A DNA stretch of 64,000 nt from an uncultured Latescibacterota bacterium (GCA_951812755.1 OX638329.1:6003107-6067106); one strand, 5' to 3'. Numbered from the stretch's first letter, positions 26,061 to 36,440 are shown. Notes: generated by a model from the letters alone, not told the origin. Program-made: numbers and translations.

Positions 26061-27584
26061 ATGACAACCCCTGCGATTGAATCGTCCCCCACATCTCTCG
26101 TGGATACCCTCTGCGAAAAAGCACAGGTACTCCTGGAAGAAAACAATATAGATGGCGTGGAAGCACTCGCTTCGGAAGCCTGTGCGCGCGATCCGGCGTG
26201 CAACCGCGCCCATCAATTGATGGTCCGCATCGCCCTCATCCGAGGAGAACAGGACAGGGCAGAGACATTGCTCAATCGGTGGCGCGATTTGCCGGTAGAT
26301 GATGCATTTGCCGAATGGGGTGTCCTCGCAGAAGAAATGAACGACATCCAATCAGCCGTTGAAATCTATCAGGCCCACCTATCCCAGCACCCTCACAATG
26401 CCAAATCCCTATTTGGACTGGCAATGTTACACGCAGACCGCAACGAAAACGGCCTCGCGCAATCGCGCTTGCAAACCCTCATCCAGCACCATGCAGACCA
26501 TATAGAAGGCATCTTCGAACTCGCGCGCCTATACGAAGAAGACGGCATGATGGGCCTCGCGCAGGAACTCTACGCACGGGTACTCGAACTCGACCCGGAC
26601 CACGCGGGCGCACTCGCCGGCAAACAACTCGTCGGCGCACAATTGCAATCAACACTTCCCAGTGCAGAAATCAAAAGCCACCCCGATGTAGCCGTCCTGA
26701 TCCTCCAACTATTCGCCGCGCGAAAAGACGTGTACGCGCGCCAATGGATCGATGACGACGGAAAAACCGGCTACGTCCCCGTGCGCGAACCCCTCACAGA
26801 AAACGCGATCCAATCCCACCTGAGAGGAGATACAACTGTAGGCGTCTATCCGATTTTTGACCGGGACAAAGCACAATTTTTAGCCCTGGACATCGACATC
26901 AAAAAAGACGCACTCAACAAAGCGCGACAAAACAACACCTTAATGGAAGCACTGCGCGAACAAGTATGCAAAGACATCCGACGGGTATGCGCTGGCTTCG
27001 CGTCCCTCAACCTCCCGGTTCACATCGAAGACAGCGGGAACAAAGGCGCACATATATGGCTCTTCTTTGAAAAACCTCTGCCTGCATGTGACCTGCGCGC
27101 ATTAGGCCGCGCTTATGCGAAGCGATTTGGCCCAGCATCAGAGGAATTGCAATGGGAGTGGTTTCCCAAACAAGACGCCGTAGGAGAAGACGAACTCGGC
27201 AATTTGATCAAACTCCCTCTGGGCATCCACCGCAAAACAGGACGGCGCGCGCTATTTATCGACACAGAAGGCCACGCCCTCGCAGATATGGAAGAATTTC
27301 GCCCGGTAATTGTAGATGCAATGGTACTGGACCTGCTAAATCACGGACAAATCAAAAAAGAAGACTTTGAACAGCGCGACGGTGGTGTGTTTTTGTGCGG
27401 CGATGGACGGATGCAGTTAATCCGCGCCTATCAGGATCGCGTCGCAATTAAAGTTCAATATGTACAACCCAATGGACAGGTACAAAAAGTGCCGTATCGC
27501 CAGTGTTTCGAGTTGCAAGCCCGTCGTCTCATCCGTATGTTGCGCGGCGAAGACACAGCATACCTGCCGTTTTTAATTCGATAA
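26061..27584 (+). CDS. TPR-repeat protein fused to an archaeo-eukaryotic primase (AEP/PrimPol-like) domain
   Basis: N-terminal TPR-like helices. Then RKDVYARQW, GYVPV, HLRGDTTVGVYP, LALDIDIKKD (DxD), SGNKGAHIWLFF, GNLIKLPLGIHRKTGRR. Confidence 0.75.
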   Translation: MTTPAIESSPTSLVDTLCEKAQVLLEENNIDGVEALASEACARDPACNRAHQLMVRIALIRGEQDRAETLLNRWRDLPVDDAFAEWGVLAEEMNDIQSAVEIYQAHLSQHPHNAKSLFGLAMLHADRNENGLAQSRLQTLIQHHADHIEGIFELARLYEEDGMMGLAQELYARVLELDPDHAGALAGKQLVGAQLQSTLPSAEIKSHPDVAVLILQLFAARKDVYARQWIDDDGKTGYVPVREPLTENAIQSHLRGDTTVGVYPIFDRDKAQFLALDIDIKKDALNKARQNNTLMEALREQVCKDIRRVCAGFASLNLPVHIEDSGNKGAHIWLFFEKPLPACDLRALGRAYAKRFGPASEELQWEWFPKQDAVGEDELGNLIKLPLGIHRKTGRRALFIDTEGHALADMEEFRPVIVDAMVLDLLNHGQIKKEDFEQRDGGVFLCGDGRMQLIRAYQDRVAIKVQYVQPNGQVQKVPYRQCFELQARRLIRMLRGEDTAYLPFLIR

Positions 27585-27615
27585 CTGACTTACGCACAGA
27601 CACAATGTAATGCGT

Positions 27616-27680
27616 CTGTCATTCTGAGCCTTTCGACTTCGCTCAAGATAAACTCTGCGCAGCGGAGTCGAAGAATCTAC
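27616..27680 (+). repeat. Dispersed repeat family B (TGTCATTCTGAGC...GCAGCGGAGTCGAAG)
   Basis: Related copies at 30977-31096, 36509-36570 and 38078-38112. Confidence 0.65.
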
Positions 27681-27919
27681 TGCATCGTGGCGTAAGTCAT
27701 GCCCCATATAGACATGAACAGCAAAACCTTCTGGATTGCGGCTAAAACCATGCCGCAATGACAATCGCAAGTAAGATTGATATGGGTAGTGCATCGTGGC
27801 GTAAGTCTTGCGACATATAGAAGTGAACATCAAAACCTTCTGGATTGCGGCTTAAACCATGCCGCAATGACAACCGCAAGTCAAATTGATATGACCAGTT
27901 TCTTTTGCCGAGATGCAGT
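27678..27919 (+). repeat. Two tandem family A units
   Basis: TGCATCGTGGCGTAAGT...GGATTGCGGCT.AAACCATGCCGCAATGACAA.CGCAAGT.A.ATTGATATG occurs twice. Confidence 0.7.
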
Positions 27920-28062
27920 AGTCTCTTTTGCCGCGATGAAGTAGATACTCATTTGTCGCATGGATAACAGGACCGAGATGGAGATAAGTTGACGACAGAC
28001 CGAAAAATTGCTTTTTTCCACGCATGACCGCGCCCCTCGTGGAATTGAGCCTGAAATTAAAC

Positions 28063-28095
28063 CCCGTTGATGGAGCGTATCAACGGGATTTTTTT
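28063..28095 (+). terminator. Intrinsic terminator
   Basis: CCCGTTGAT-GGAGCGT-ATCAACGGG followed by ATTTTTTT. Confidence 0.6.
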
Positions 28096-29223
28096 ATGAG
28101 AAATCGCATGAAACCTGTCGTCGCGCACAGTGCCAACCCCTATTTACCAGCAACAGCCACCTGGATATACGATCAAATTCGCGCACTGCAACGGTATCGC
28201 CCCATCGTCCTCACACAAACGCGCCAGAACCTGGATCGTTTTCCCATAGACCCCGTTCTATCAGCTGAAGATATCTCGCCTATTCGCAGAACAGTTCTGC
28301 GCCTCATCCGCAAAATGCGCGGCACGTACGCTGGCTATGAAAACTGGCTCCGAGAACACAACGCCACCCTCATCCACGCGCACTTTGGGCAAGAAGGATA
28401 CCGGTGTCTCTCCGCAAAACAGCGCGCGGGCATCCCCCTGATCACCACCTTTTACGGCCTGGACGTATCGGCACTACCCCGGCAAAAAAAATGGCAAAAA
28501 CGGTACAAACGCCTCTTTGCCGAAGGCGACCTCTTCCTGGTTGAAGGCCCCTTCATGGGCGAACAACTCATCGCACTGGGATGCCCGGCCAACCGGGTAA
28601 TCGTCCAACACCTGGGCGTAGATCTCGACAAAATACCCTTCAGAACAGACCATACAACCAAACAACCCGTCGTATTGACATACAGCGTATTTCGAGAAAA
28701 AAAAGGATTGAAATACGCACTCCAGGCTTATGCAAAAATAGCGGAAAAATACCCGGACGCCCAACTGCGGATGATAGGCGATGGACCTTTGCGCCCGCAA
28801 CTACAAGCCGAAATACGGAAACTGCGCCTTGAAAACCGCGTAAAAATGCTCGGCCTGCTCCCCCATCCTGAAGCACTTGAAGAACTAAAACGCGCAACCG
28901 TCCTCCTCTATCCCAGCGTCACAGCATCAGATGGCGACACCGAAGGCGGCGCACCCGTCGCATTGATCGAAGCCATGGCAATGGGCGTCCCCATTGTATC
29001 ATCCCTACACGCCGACATCCCCGAAGTCGTAATCGACAAAACCTGCGGTCTATTATTTCCTGAACGAGACGTCGTGGGCCTCGCTGAAGGATTGGACACC
29101 CTCCTCAGTTCCCCCGAACAATTTGGCCGCGCTGGCCGCACCCATGTGGAAGAGCAACACAACCTGGAAAAACAGGTGAAAAAATTGGAGGCGATTTACG
29201 ATCGGGTTGTGGGAAAAACATAA
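28096..29223 (+). CDS. GT4-family glycosyltransferase
   Basis: C-terminal EGGAPVALIEAMAMGVPIVSS (the E-x7-E region typical of GT4). Start placed after the terminator hairpin. Confidence 0.8.
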   Translation: MRNRMKPVVAHSANPYLPATATWIYDQIRALQRYRPIVLTQTRQNLDRFPIDPVLSAEDISPIRRTVLRLIRKMRGTYAGYENWLREHNATLIHAHFGQEGYRCLSAKQRAGIPLITTFYGLDVSALPRQKKWQKRYKRLFAEGDLFLVEGPFMGEQLIALGCPANRVIVQHLGVDLDKIPFRTDHTTKQPVVLTYSVFREKKGLKYALQAYAKIAEKYPDAQLRMIGDGPLRPQLQAEIRKLRLENRVKMLGLLPHPEALEELKRATVLLYPSVTASDGDTEGGAPVALIEAMAMGVPIVSSLHADIPEVVIDKTCGLLFPERDVVGLAEGLDTLLSSPEQFGRAGRTHVEEQHNLEKQVKKLEAIYDRVVGKT

Positions 29224-29492
29224 AGAGCAGGAAGCACAGAAACCGCCCCCTACTACAAAACCTTCTGGATCGCGGCTTTAAGCATGCCGCGATGACGCAC
29301 CGAAGCCTACTCCGTAGTGATTCTGTACGGGAACCGTCCCCTACAACAACATCCCGCGATGACAGGTGATAGAACGACACGCGTAGCACAACGACAGTTA
29401 CGCACACCCCAAAGTATAATCCTTGACATCAGCGGCTATTGGCACAATTTATGGCGGTGCTCATTCCTCGCGTACTTAACATGGAGATAGTG

Positions 29493-30863
29493 ATGCCTGA
29501 TCATCCCAACCTCGTATTTGTATTCCCCGATGAATATCGCAAACAAGCCATGGGATTCATGAACGAAGACCCTGTAATAACGCCCAATATCGACCGATTT
29601 GCGTCTGAAAGCCTCGTATTAACCGATGCCGTAAGCACCAGACCTGTATGCAGCCCATATCGGGCAATGCTCTTCACCGGGCAATATCCCCACGCCAATG
29701 GCGTACTCAGCAACGTCAACTCCACCACAGTACAATACGAAAACTACCTCCAAGAAAACGCAGAGTGCTTCTCAGACGTCTTGCACAAAGCCGGCTACAA
29801 TCAGGCATACCTGGGCAAACTACACCTCGACCCACCCAATGAACAATACGAATACACAGAAGGACCGAGAGGGAATGGCGTCATCTGGGACTCATATACC
29901 CCGCCGGGACCGCGCAGACACGGATATGACTTCTGGTATTCCTACGGCTGTTGCGACTGGCACTTCAACCCCCATTATTGGACCGGCAATGACCCCATTG
30001 ACAAACGCATTGACCCGCGGGAATGGTCCACCAAACACGAAACCGACATCGCAATAAACTACATCCGCAATGAAGGTGGCAAATACAGAGATCCCGAAAA
30101 ACCATTCTCACTCGTCATATCCCACAACCCACCGCACATGCCATTCAAACAAGTACCAGAAGAATACGTCGCCCAATACGGCGATGCCACCCATGAAGAC
30201 CTCTTGACGCGCCCCAACGTACCCACCGATACACGCGGCGACAGCGCCCGCGAAAACGCGAAACACTACTTCGCCATGGTAACCGGCGTCGATGAAAACT
30301 TCGGACGCATATTGGACTGTTTGAAAACCGAGGGCCTAAAAGAAAACACCATCGTAGTCTTCACCTCTGACCACGGTGAAATGATGGGCAGCCACGGCCG
30401 CATAGGCAAAACCGTACACTACGAAGAATCCTTTACCGTGCCATTCATCATCCGCTGGCCTGGAAAAATCACACCCGGCACAGATAACCTGTTAATCGGC
30501 ACACCCGATTTAATGCCCACATTGCTCAACCTCATGGGCGTGGGACAGGTCCCCGACAGCGTCCAGGGAACGGATTACTCCGACATCCTCCTGGGCAGAG
30601 AAGGCACGCGCCCGACCTCTGCACTCTACCTCAACGTAATGCCCGACAACCCCGCGGGCGGATCGCGCGGCGTACGCACACACCGACACACGTATGTCGT
30701 CACGCGAACGTCCCAGGGCGAAGAAATAATCCTCCACGACAATATCGCGGACCCCTATCAATTACAAAACATCGCTGGCGATCATCCCGCACTTATCGCA
30801 GAGCTTGCGGAAAAAATGAACAACTGGTTAGAAAAAAACGACGACCCATGGTTACGCGAATAG
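29493..30863 (+). CDS. Cys-type sulfatase (arylsulfatase family)
   Basis: PNLVFVFPDE, CSPYRAMLFTG (C-x-P-x-R), FTSDHGE. No signal peptide. Confidence 0.9.
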   Translation: MPDHPNLVFVFPDEYRKQAMGFMNEDPVITPNIDRFASESLVLTDAVSTRPVCSPYRAMLFTGQYPHANGVLSNVNSTTVQYENYLQENAECFSDVLHKAGYNQAYLGKLHLDPPNEQYEYTEGPRGNGVIWDSYTPPGPRRHGYDFWYSYGCCDWHFNPHYWTGNDPIDKRIDPREWSTKHETDIAINYIRNEGGKYRDPEKPFSLVISHNPPHMPFKQVPEEYVAQYGDATHEDLLTRPNVPTDTRGDSARENAKHYFAMVTGVDENFGRILDCLKTEGLKENTIVVFTSDHGEMMGSHGRIGKTVHYEESFTVPFIIRWPGKITPGTDNLLIGTPDLMPTLLNLMGVGQVPDSVQGTDYSDILLGREGTRPTSALYLNVMPDNPAGGSRGVRTHRHTYVVTRTSQGEEIILHDNIADPYQLQNIAGDHPALIAELAEKMNNWLEKNDDPWLRE

Positions 30864-30868
30864 ATGGA

Positions 30869-30903
30869 GCGGTGTACAACTGGTCGCCTCTCAGGCCAGT
30901 TCA
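30869..30903 (+). repeat. Dispersed hairpin family C (GCGGTGTACAACTGGYCGYYTCTCAGRCCAGTTCA)
   Basis: Copies at 32457-32491, 37989-38023, 38115-38148 and 38260-38294. Three of the five sit just after a stop codon. Confidence 0.7.
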
Positions 30904-31122
30904 TAGACGAATAGCTAATTGGTTTGTCAAAAAAATTTACTAACGGATGCTACGCATTATGCACAATATCATGGGCCTGTCATTTTGAGCGAAGCGCAGC
31001 GGAGTCGAAAAATCTACGACCAACGCAGGTGGAACAGATGCTTCGGCTCCGTTCCACTCCGCTCAGCATGACAAAAACACAGATCTGCGTAACGTCAATA
31101 ATTCATTAAAAGGAGCAATAAA

Positions 31123-32433
31123 ATGCCAGACACCCCAAACCTCCTCGTCATACACACCGACGAACAAAGCTGCTGGACATTGAGCGCATACAACGGAACA
31201 CTCGTCGAAACGCCCCATATCGACTCCCTCGCAAACGAAGGCGCGATCTTGACCAACTTCATGGTCAACGTCGCCGTATGCACCCCATCCCGAGGCGTAT
31301 TCCTCACCGGACGCTACGAACATGTACACGGCGCGTATCGCAACAACATCCCCCTCAACCGCGATGAAATCACATTTGCCCAAGCATTAAAAGACCGCGG
31401 ATACGACACCGGATACGCCGGCAAATGGCATCTGGACGGACCCCCGCGCCCCGGCTGGGTACACCCCGAACGCACAATGGGCTTTGACGACGCCCAATAC
31501 ATGTTCAACCGCGGACACTGGAAAAAAATCGAAGACGTCGATATGGGCGATGTACAACCCACAGTATTCAGCTACAAAACCATGGGCGACGAAAAAACCT
31601 ATCCAACGGACTGGCTAACCGAAAAAACCAATGAATTTTTGACGCGAGATCGCGAAAACCCATTTTGTTTTATGCTCAGCATCCCCGACCCCCATCCGCC
31701 ATTTCCTGTACGCGCACCCTACGACACCATGTACAATCCCGCAGACATGCCCTTGCCCGACACGCGCAACGAAGAAAACCAGCCCAGTTGGGTACCGAAA
31801 AAACAGGCTCCGAACGATGATATCTTACGCAAACACACGGCCCACTATTGCGGCATGGTCAAACTCATAGATGACTGCGTTGGCAAAATGCTCAATGCAC
31901 TACGCGAAAAAGGCATCCTGGACAACACCATTGTCGTATTCACATCCGACCATGGCGAATACCTGGGCGAACACGGATTAATGGGCAAAAATCAACTCTA
32001 TGAAACAGCTTATCGCGTCCCCATGTTAATCCGCTGGCCCGAGAAAATCCCGGCTGGCACGCGAATAGATCGCCTGGTCGGCTCCGTCGATTTTATGCCC
32101 ACCATCCTGACCCTCATGGGATTTGAACCCTGTGGACGCGAACACGGGCGAGATGCATCCGCACTCTTGCGCGGCGAAAAAACCGAATGGAACGACATCT
32201 GTTATATCCACCACGACCCGAACAGAGCCGGCGTATTCACCTCCAATTACGAACTGGCTTATGTAAAGGACCACGACCCCATACTCTTTGACCGTCAAAA
32301 CGATCCCGATCAGGTGAACAACCTGTTTGACGCCCCCGAACACCGGGAAATGATCGCAGCCATGACCGCCGACCTCGCCGCACATCACGCATCGGTCAAC
32401 TCGCCATCAGCAGAATGGTTGGGAAAAGCGTGA
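31123..32433 (+). CDS. Cys-type sulfatase
   Basis: PNLLVIHTDEQ, CTPSRGVFLTGRY, FTSDHGE. Confidence 0.9.
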   Translation: MPDTPNLLVIHTDEQSCWTLSAYNGTLVETPHIDSLANEGAILTNFMVNVAVCTPSRGVFLTGRYEHVHGAYRNNIPLNRDEITFAQALKDRGYDTGYAGKWHLDGPPRPGWVHPERTMGFDDAQYMFNRGHWKKIEDVDMGDVQPTVFSYKTMGDEKTYPTDWLTEKTNEFLTRDRENPFCFMLSIPDPHPPFPVRAPYDTMYNPADMPLPDTRNEENQPSWVPKKQAPNDDILRKHTAHYCGMVKLIDDCVGKMLNALREKGILDNTIVVFTSDHGEYLGEHGLMGKNQLYETAYRVPMLIRWPEKIPAGTRIDRLVGSVDFMPTILTLMGFEPCGREHGRDASALLRGEKTEWNDICYIHHDPNRAGVFTSNYELAYVKDHDPILFDRQNDPDQVNNLFDAPEHREMIAAMTADLAAHHASVNSPSAEWLGKA

Positions 32434-32565
32434 TCCGCAGAAAAAAACGCGAGTGAGCGGTGTACAACTGGCCGCCTCTCAGGCCAGTTCATTTGAGCGT
32501 TTTACGCAGATAAAAAGAGGAGATGGGAATAGGGGCGTCTCGCGTCTCACCTAACAGGAGGATTT

Positions 32566-33051
32566 ATGGCATTTGATTCACGGCTGCAACGAGATATAAT
32601 GGGGCGGTTTGCAACAGGTGTCACCGTCGTCACCACGCGATACAAAAACGGCGACATAACCGGCATGACAGCCAATGCCGTCATGTCTTTGTCGCTGGAT
32701 CCACCGCTCGTCGTGGTATCGGTCGATAAATCGGCGACCATGCACAGCGCCTTATCTGACGGACAGTGTTATGCAATCAACATCCTGACCCGAGAACAAG
32801 AACATCTGTCCAACCGATTTGCCATGCCGGGACCAAAGGATTTTTCCGATCTAATATTGCGCGAAAGCAAAACAGGTGCGCCGATCCTGGAAGGAACACT
32901 GGGATATCTCGACTGCAAGATAGTGGACATCTTGCCAGCAGGCGATCACGATATGTTTGTAGGAGAAATACTGGCGGGAGAATTGGGAGAGGGGAACCCG
33001 TTGCTCTATTATGGAAGCAGATATCAAAGCATAGCGGAGGGGCAGGTTTGA
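32566..33051 (+). CDS. Flavin reductase-like FMN-binding protein
   Basis: RFATGVTVVTT...GMTANAVMSLSLDPPLVVVSV matches the flavin reductase domain pattern. Confidence 0.8.
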   Translation: MAFDSRLQRDIMGRFATGVTVVTTRYKNGDITGMTANAVMSLSLDPPLVVVSVDKSATMHSALSDGQCYAINILTREQEHLSNRFAMPGPKDFSDLILRESKTGAPILEGTLGYLDCKIVDILPAGDHDMFVGEILAGELGEGNPLLYYGSRYQSIAEGQV

Positions 33052-33086
33052 AACCTGCCCGTACAAAATCGGCTACTGGCTACTAT

Positions 33087-34802
33087 TCACACATGAACAT
33101 ACATATCCAAAAATCGCTTTTCCCCTTTTGAACTGCCAATAAGGAGGATCTCTGCCGCTCTTGGTAGCGGTTCATTGGGATCGGGATTGAGTTGCATTTC
33201 GTGGTTGTCATTAAGTGCAATAACCGTACACCCCGTATTCCTGCGAATAGCTGAATTTGCAATCGTCTTACCAACAAGCGAAGAGGGCATCTTCATCCTG
33301 AACACGCTGATATCCTCACTAAACACGCTGAGGCTCTCGGCCACCATCAGGGTATCACTGCGTTTTAAGAAATTGAAAATCGCATCTGCACCCATCGACG
33401 CATAAGACATGACAAAATCCGCGCCCGCACGGTGCAGAGTCGCGATATTCCTCTCTTGCGTAACGCGACTGATAATCTGAATTTCCGGATTTAATCGCCG
33501 GCAATAAACCGTGAGATAAACATTGATATCATCATCATGCGTCGTAATAATAACCGTCAACGCATTCATAATCTCGGCTTTTTTTAAAACATCATAATCC
33601 GCAGCATCTCCCACAATACAATTGTCGAGCTTCTGAGCCTGGTCCGCATCTCTTTCCACAATCCGATAGTCGAGACCCTGTTCGACAAGGGTGCGCGCAG
33701 CCTCCATGCCAACACCACCACCACCAATAATCACAACGGGGACATTCGAAACTTTGTAAATACAAAACAACTCGTTGAATCGGTCCAATTGACTCTGTGT
33801 CCCCGTCATCACCAGCACAGTGTGGGGACCAATACGGGTATCGGGCAATGCCGCTTGAAAGATGCCGCGTTCCCAAACCCCGACAGCCGTCAAGCCCAGT
33901 TCTCTACGCAAGCCTATTTCCTCAAGGGTTCTCCCCACAAGAGGCGTATGGGTCGCCGTGGTCTCGGCAATGAACAGGTCTTCATACTGACCAATCACAT
34001 GCGCTGCGGCCTCCCCGCTTTGGGCGCGTCGCGCAAGAGATGCGCCGAGCATTTTTTCAAGTTGCAAAACATGGTCGCATCCCGCTAATTGGAGAATATC
34101 TACGGAATTGGGGTCATCTACTCTGGCGATAATCGGCACATTGGGATTGAGATCGCGCACAGTAAATGCGGTATGGGTGTTAATCGGATCGGTATCTGTT
34201 GCCGCAACGAGAGCCGCTTGTTCAATCTGCATTTTTTTATACGTTTCCGGATTGTCCAAATCTCCAACCACAACATTGATACCCTGATCGTAAAGTTGCT
34301 GTGCATGCGCCAAATCTGGCGTGATGAGATAATAGGAATAGTGGTAGCGATCCAGCTTGTTGATAAGCGCTTGCGTAATGGGGTCATAGTTGGTCAAAAG
34401 AACATGCTCTCGCGTACTGCGGGGCAACTGGCGCGGCGCGCGGGATTCGGATTGGGCTTGAATCCACGGCACGTAAAAAAACTGAATAAAAGTAAACGGC
34501 AGAACAATAAACAGAAAAATCATACCCGTCAGTAAAACCAGCATAGAGAATAAACGCCCCAGATCTCCATGAAAGGTAATATCGCCAAAACCCAATGTTG
34601 ACATAACCGTAAGCGTCCAATAAAAACCCGTAAACCAGCTAAACTCCTGGCCCTCTCTGAGCATAATCAGATGAAAAAGAATGCTAAAAATTGTAACAAT
34701 CACAGAAAAGGCCAGCAGAAGTTTGAACAGCACACCGAGATTTTGCCGATTTGTGCGCTTTCCCAATAAAAAGGCGAGTTGTGGAGCAAAACCTTTGATC
34801 AT
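33087..34802 (-). CDS. Potassium channel with two RCK (TrkA-N/C) domains
   Basis: Selectivity filter TLGFGD. Two GxGxxG Rossmann-like RCK units. Confidence 0.85.
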   Translation of the reverse strand: MIKGFAPQLAFLLGKRTNRQNLGVLFKLLLAFSVIVTIFSILFHLIMLREGQEFSWFTGFYWTLTVMSTLGFGDITFHGDLGRLFSMLVLLTGMIFLFIVLPFTFIQFFYVPWIQAQSESRAPRQLPRSTREHVLLTNYDPITQALINKLDRYHYSYYLITPDLAHAQQLYDQGINVVVGDLDNPETYKKMQIEQAALVAATDTDPINTHTAFTVRDLNPNVPIIARVDDPNSVDILQLAGCDHVLQLEKMLGASLARRAQSGEAAAHVIGQYEDLFIAETTATHTPLVGRTLEEIGLRRELGLTAVGVWERGIFQAALPDTRIGPHTVLVMTGTQSQLDRFNELFCIYKVSNVPVVIIGGGGVGMEAARTLVEQGLDYRIVERDADQAQKLDNCIVGDAADYDVLKKAEIMNALTVIITTHDDDINVYLTVYCRRLNPEIQIISRVTQERNIATLHRAGADFVMSYASMGADAIFNFLKRSDTLMVAESLSVFSEDISVFRMKMPSSLVGKTIANSAIRRNTGCTVIALNDNHEMQLNPDPNEPLPRAAEILLIGSSKGEKRFLDMYVHV

Positions 34803-34936
34803 ATCATTTATTCCTTAAATGAAAAAGGGACTGGGGCTGGTTGGGCTGATCGCTGGCTGCTAATAGCTTGTTTTTGAAAGATAGAGTATCAAAACAGTTG
34901 TGTCAATTTGGTTCTCAGAAAAGGAAGGAGTTCAAA

Positions 34937-36367
34937 ATGTCATCCAGATACAATATCCTGCTCATAATCTCAGAAGACAATGGGCAACATATCGGTTGTT
35001 ATGGCGACCCTTATGCACAAACGCCGCATATCGATAAACTCGCCTCCGAAGGCGTGCGATTTGAAAATATGTATGCGACACAGGCCGTATGCAGCCCCGG
35101 GCGGGCGAGTATTCTAACCGGATTATATCCGCACCAGAATGGTCAATTCGGATTGGCAACCCACAAATACGCACTGTACGACGAATTTCCCAACATGCCC
35201 CGCCTGTTAAAAAACGAAGGATACAGAACCGGACTAATCGGCAAATTGCACATCAACCCCGAAGACGCTTTTCCCTACGACCTGCGGTGGAATCCGAAAG
35301 AATTTATTAGCTTTGCCAACCGCGACGTACGCAAAATGGCCGAAACTGCCGGTGAGTTCATGAAATCATCAGACGAGCCATTCTTTTTACAAATCAGTTT
35401 TCCCGACGCGCACCTGCCATTCCACCGCCAACAATTCGGCGTACCAGAACAACCACAGGAGGGCAAAGACGTCGAGACACTCCCATTTGTCGGCATTGAC
35501 ACCCCCCGTCTCAGAGAGGAAACAGCAGACTACTACAACTGCATGTCCAGATTGGATACCGGCATAGGACTCGTATTAGAACAACTGAAAGCACTGGGCA
35601 AAACCGAAAACACACTCGTGATCTTTACGACCGATCACGGCGCCCAATTTTCACGGGGAAAAACATCGATCTACGAGGGCGGATTGCGCATCCCGCTAAT
35701 CGTGCGATGCCCCGGCATCAGCCTTGAAAGTCACACACGCGACGAACTGGTATCGCAGATCGACATTTTACCAACCGTGACAGAAATTTTGGGAATAGCG
35801 TGTCCCACAGGTGTGGCGGGCGCATCCTTTGCCCCCCTATTGAAAGGACAAGAAATTGAATGGCGAACCCATCTATATGCCGAATGGGGAAGCGGTGGCG
35901 TCGTCACGTATTTCCCACAGCGCTCCATACGAGATAGCCGATACAAACTCATCTCCAATCTCCTCCAAGACCGCCCAAGCCCGAGCGCACTGGGATATTC
36001 GGACAGAAACCAAAAATGGACATCTGGCGCGACACAAGAGGAAATTGCCGGTTCAGATAAGCGCATTCGGGCAGCATACCAACTCTATGAACAACCGCCC
36101 GCATACGAACTCTACGACCTGCAAAACGACCCATGGGAATTTGAAAATCTATCCAACAACCGGGCATACCGCGACATATTGCAGACATTAAAAAATCGCC
36201 TTGAGACCTGGCAAAAAGAAACCAACGACGCCCTGAGACACCCCGAAAACCTGCATCGACTCACCCAAAAACACGACGAAATTCTGGAAAAATACTACGC
36301 GGAAAGCGTATGGGGAAGTTCCCGGGATTACGAGTGGGATTACACCGAATACCTCTACGACCAATAA
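34937..36367 (+). CDS. Cys-type sulfatase
   Basis: ILLIISEDNG, CSPGRASILTG, FTTDHG. Confidence 0.9.
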   Translation: MSSRYNILLIISEDNGQHIGCYGDPYAQTPHIDKLASEGVRFENMYATQAVCSPGRASILTGLYPHQNGQFGLATHKYALYDEFPNMPRLLKNEGYRTGLIGKLHINPEDAFPYDLRWNPKEFISFANRDVRKMAETAGEFMKSSDEPFFLQISFPDAHLPFHRQQFGVPEQPQEGKDVETLPFVGIDTPRLREETADYYNCMSRLDTGIGLVLEQLKALGKTENTLVIFTTDHGAQFSRGKTSIYEGGLRIPLIVRCPGISLESHTRDELVSQIDILPTVTEILGIACPTGVAGASFAPLLKGQEIEWRTHLYAEWGSGGVVTYFPQRSIRDSRYKLISNLLQDRPSPSALGYSDRNQKWTSGATQEEIAGSDKRIRAAYQLYEQPPAYELYDLQNDPWEFENLSNNRAYRDILQTLKNRLETWQKETNDALRHPENLHRLTQKHDEILEKYYAESVWGSSRDYEWDYTEYLYDQ

Positions 36368-36390
36368 GGAGAAGATATGGCAAAAACCTA

Positions 36391-36440
36391 TCCGCAGATG
36401 GACGCAGATGGACGCAGATGGACGCAGATGGACGCAGATA
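36391..36440 (+). repeat. 10-bp tandem repeat (GACGCAGATG, about 5 units)
   Basis: Read directly. Related CGCAGATGACGCAGATGAACGCAGATAAAAAA at 25704-25737. Confidence 0.8.
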
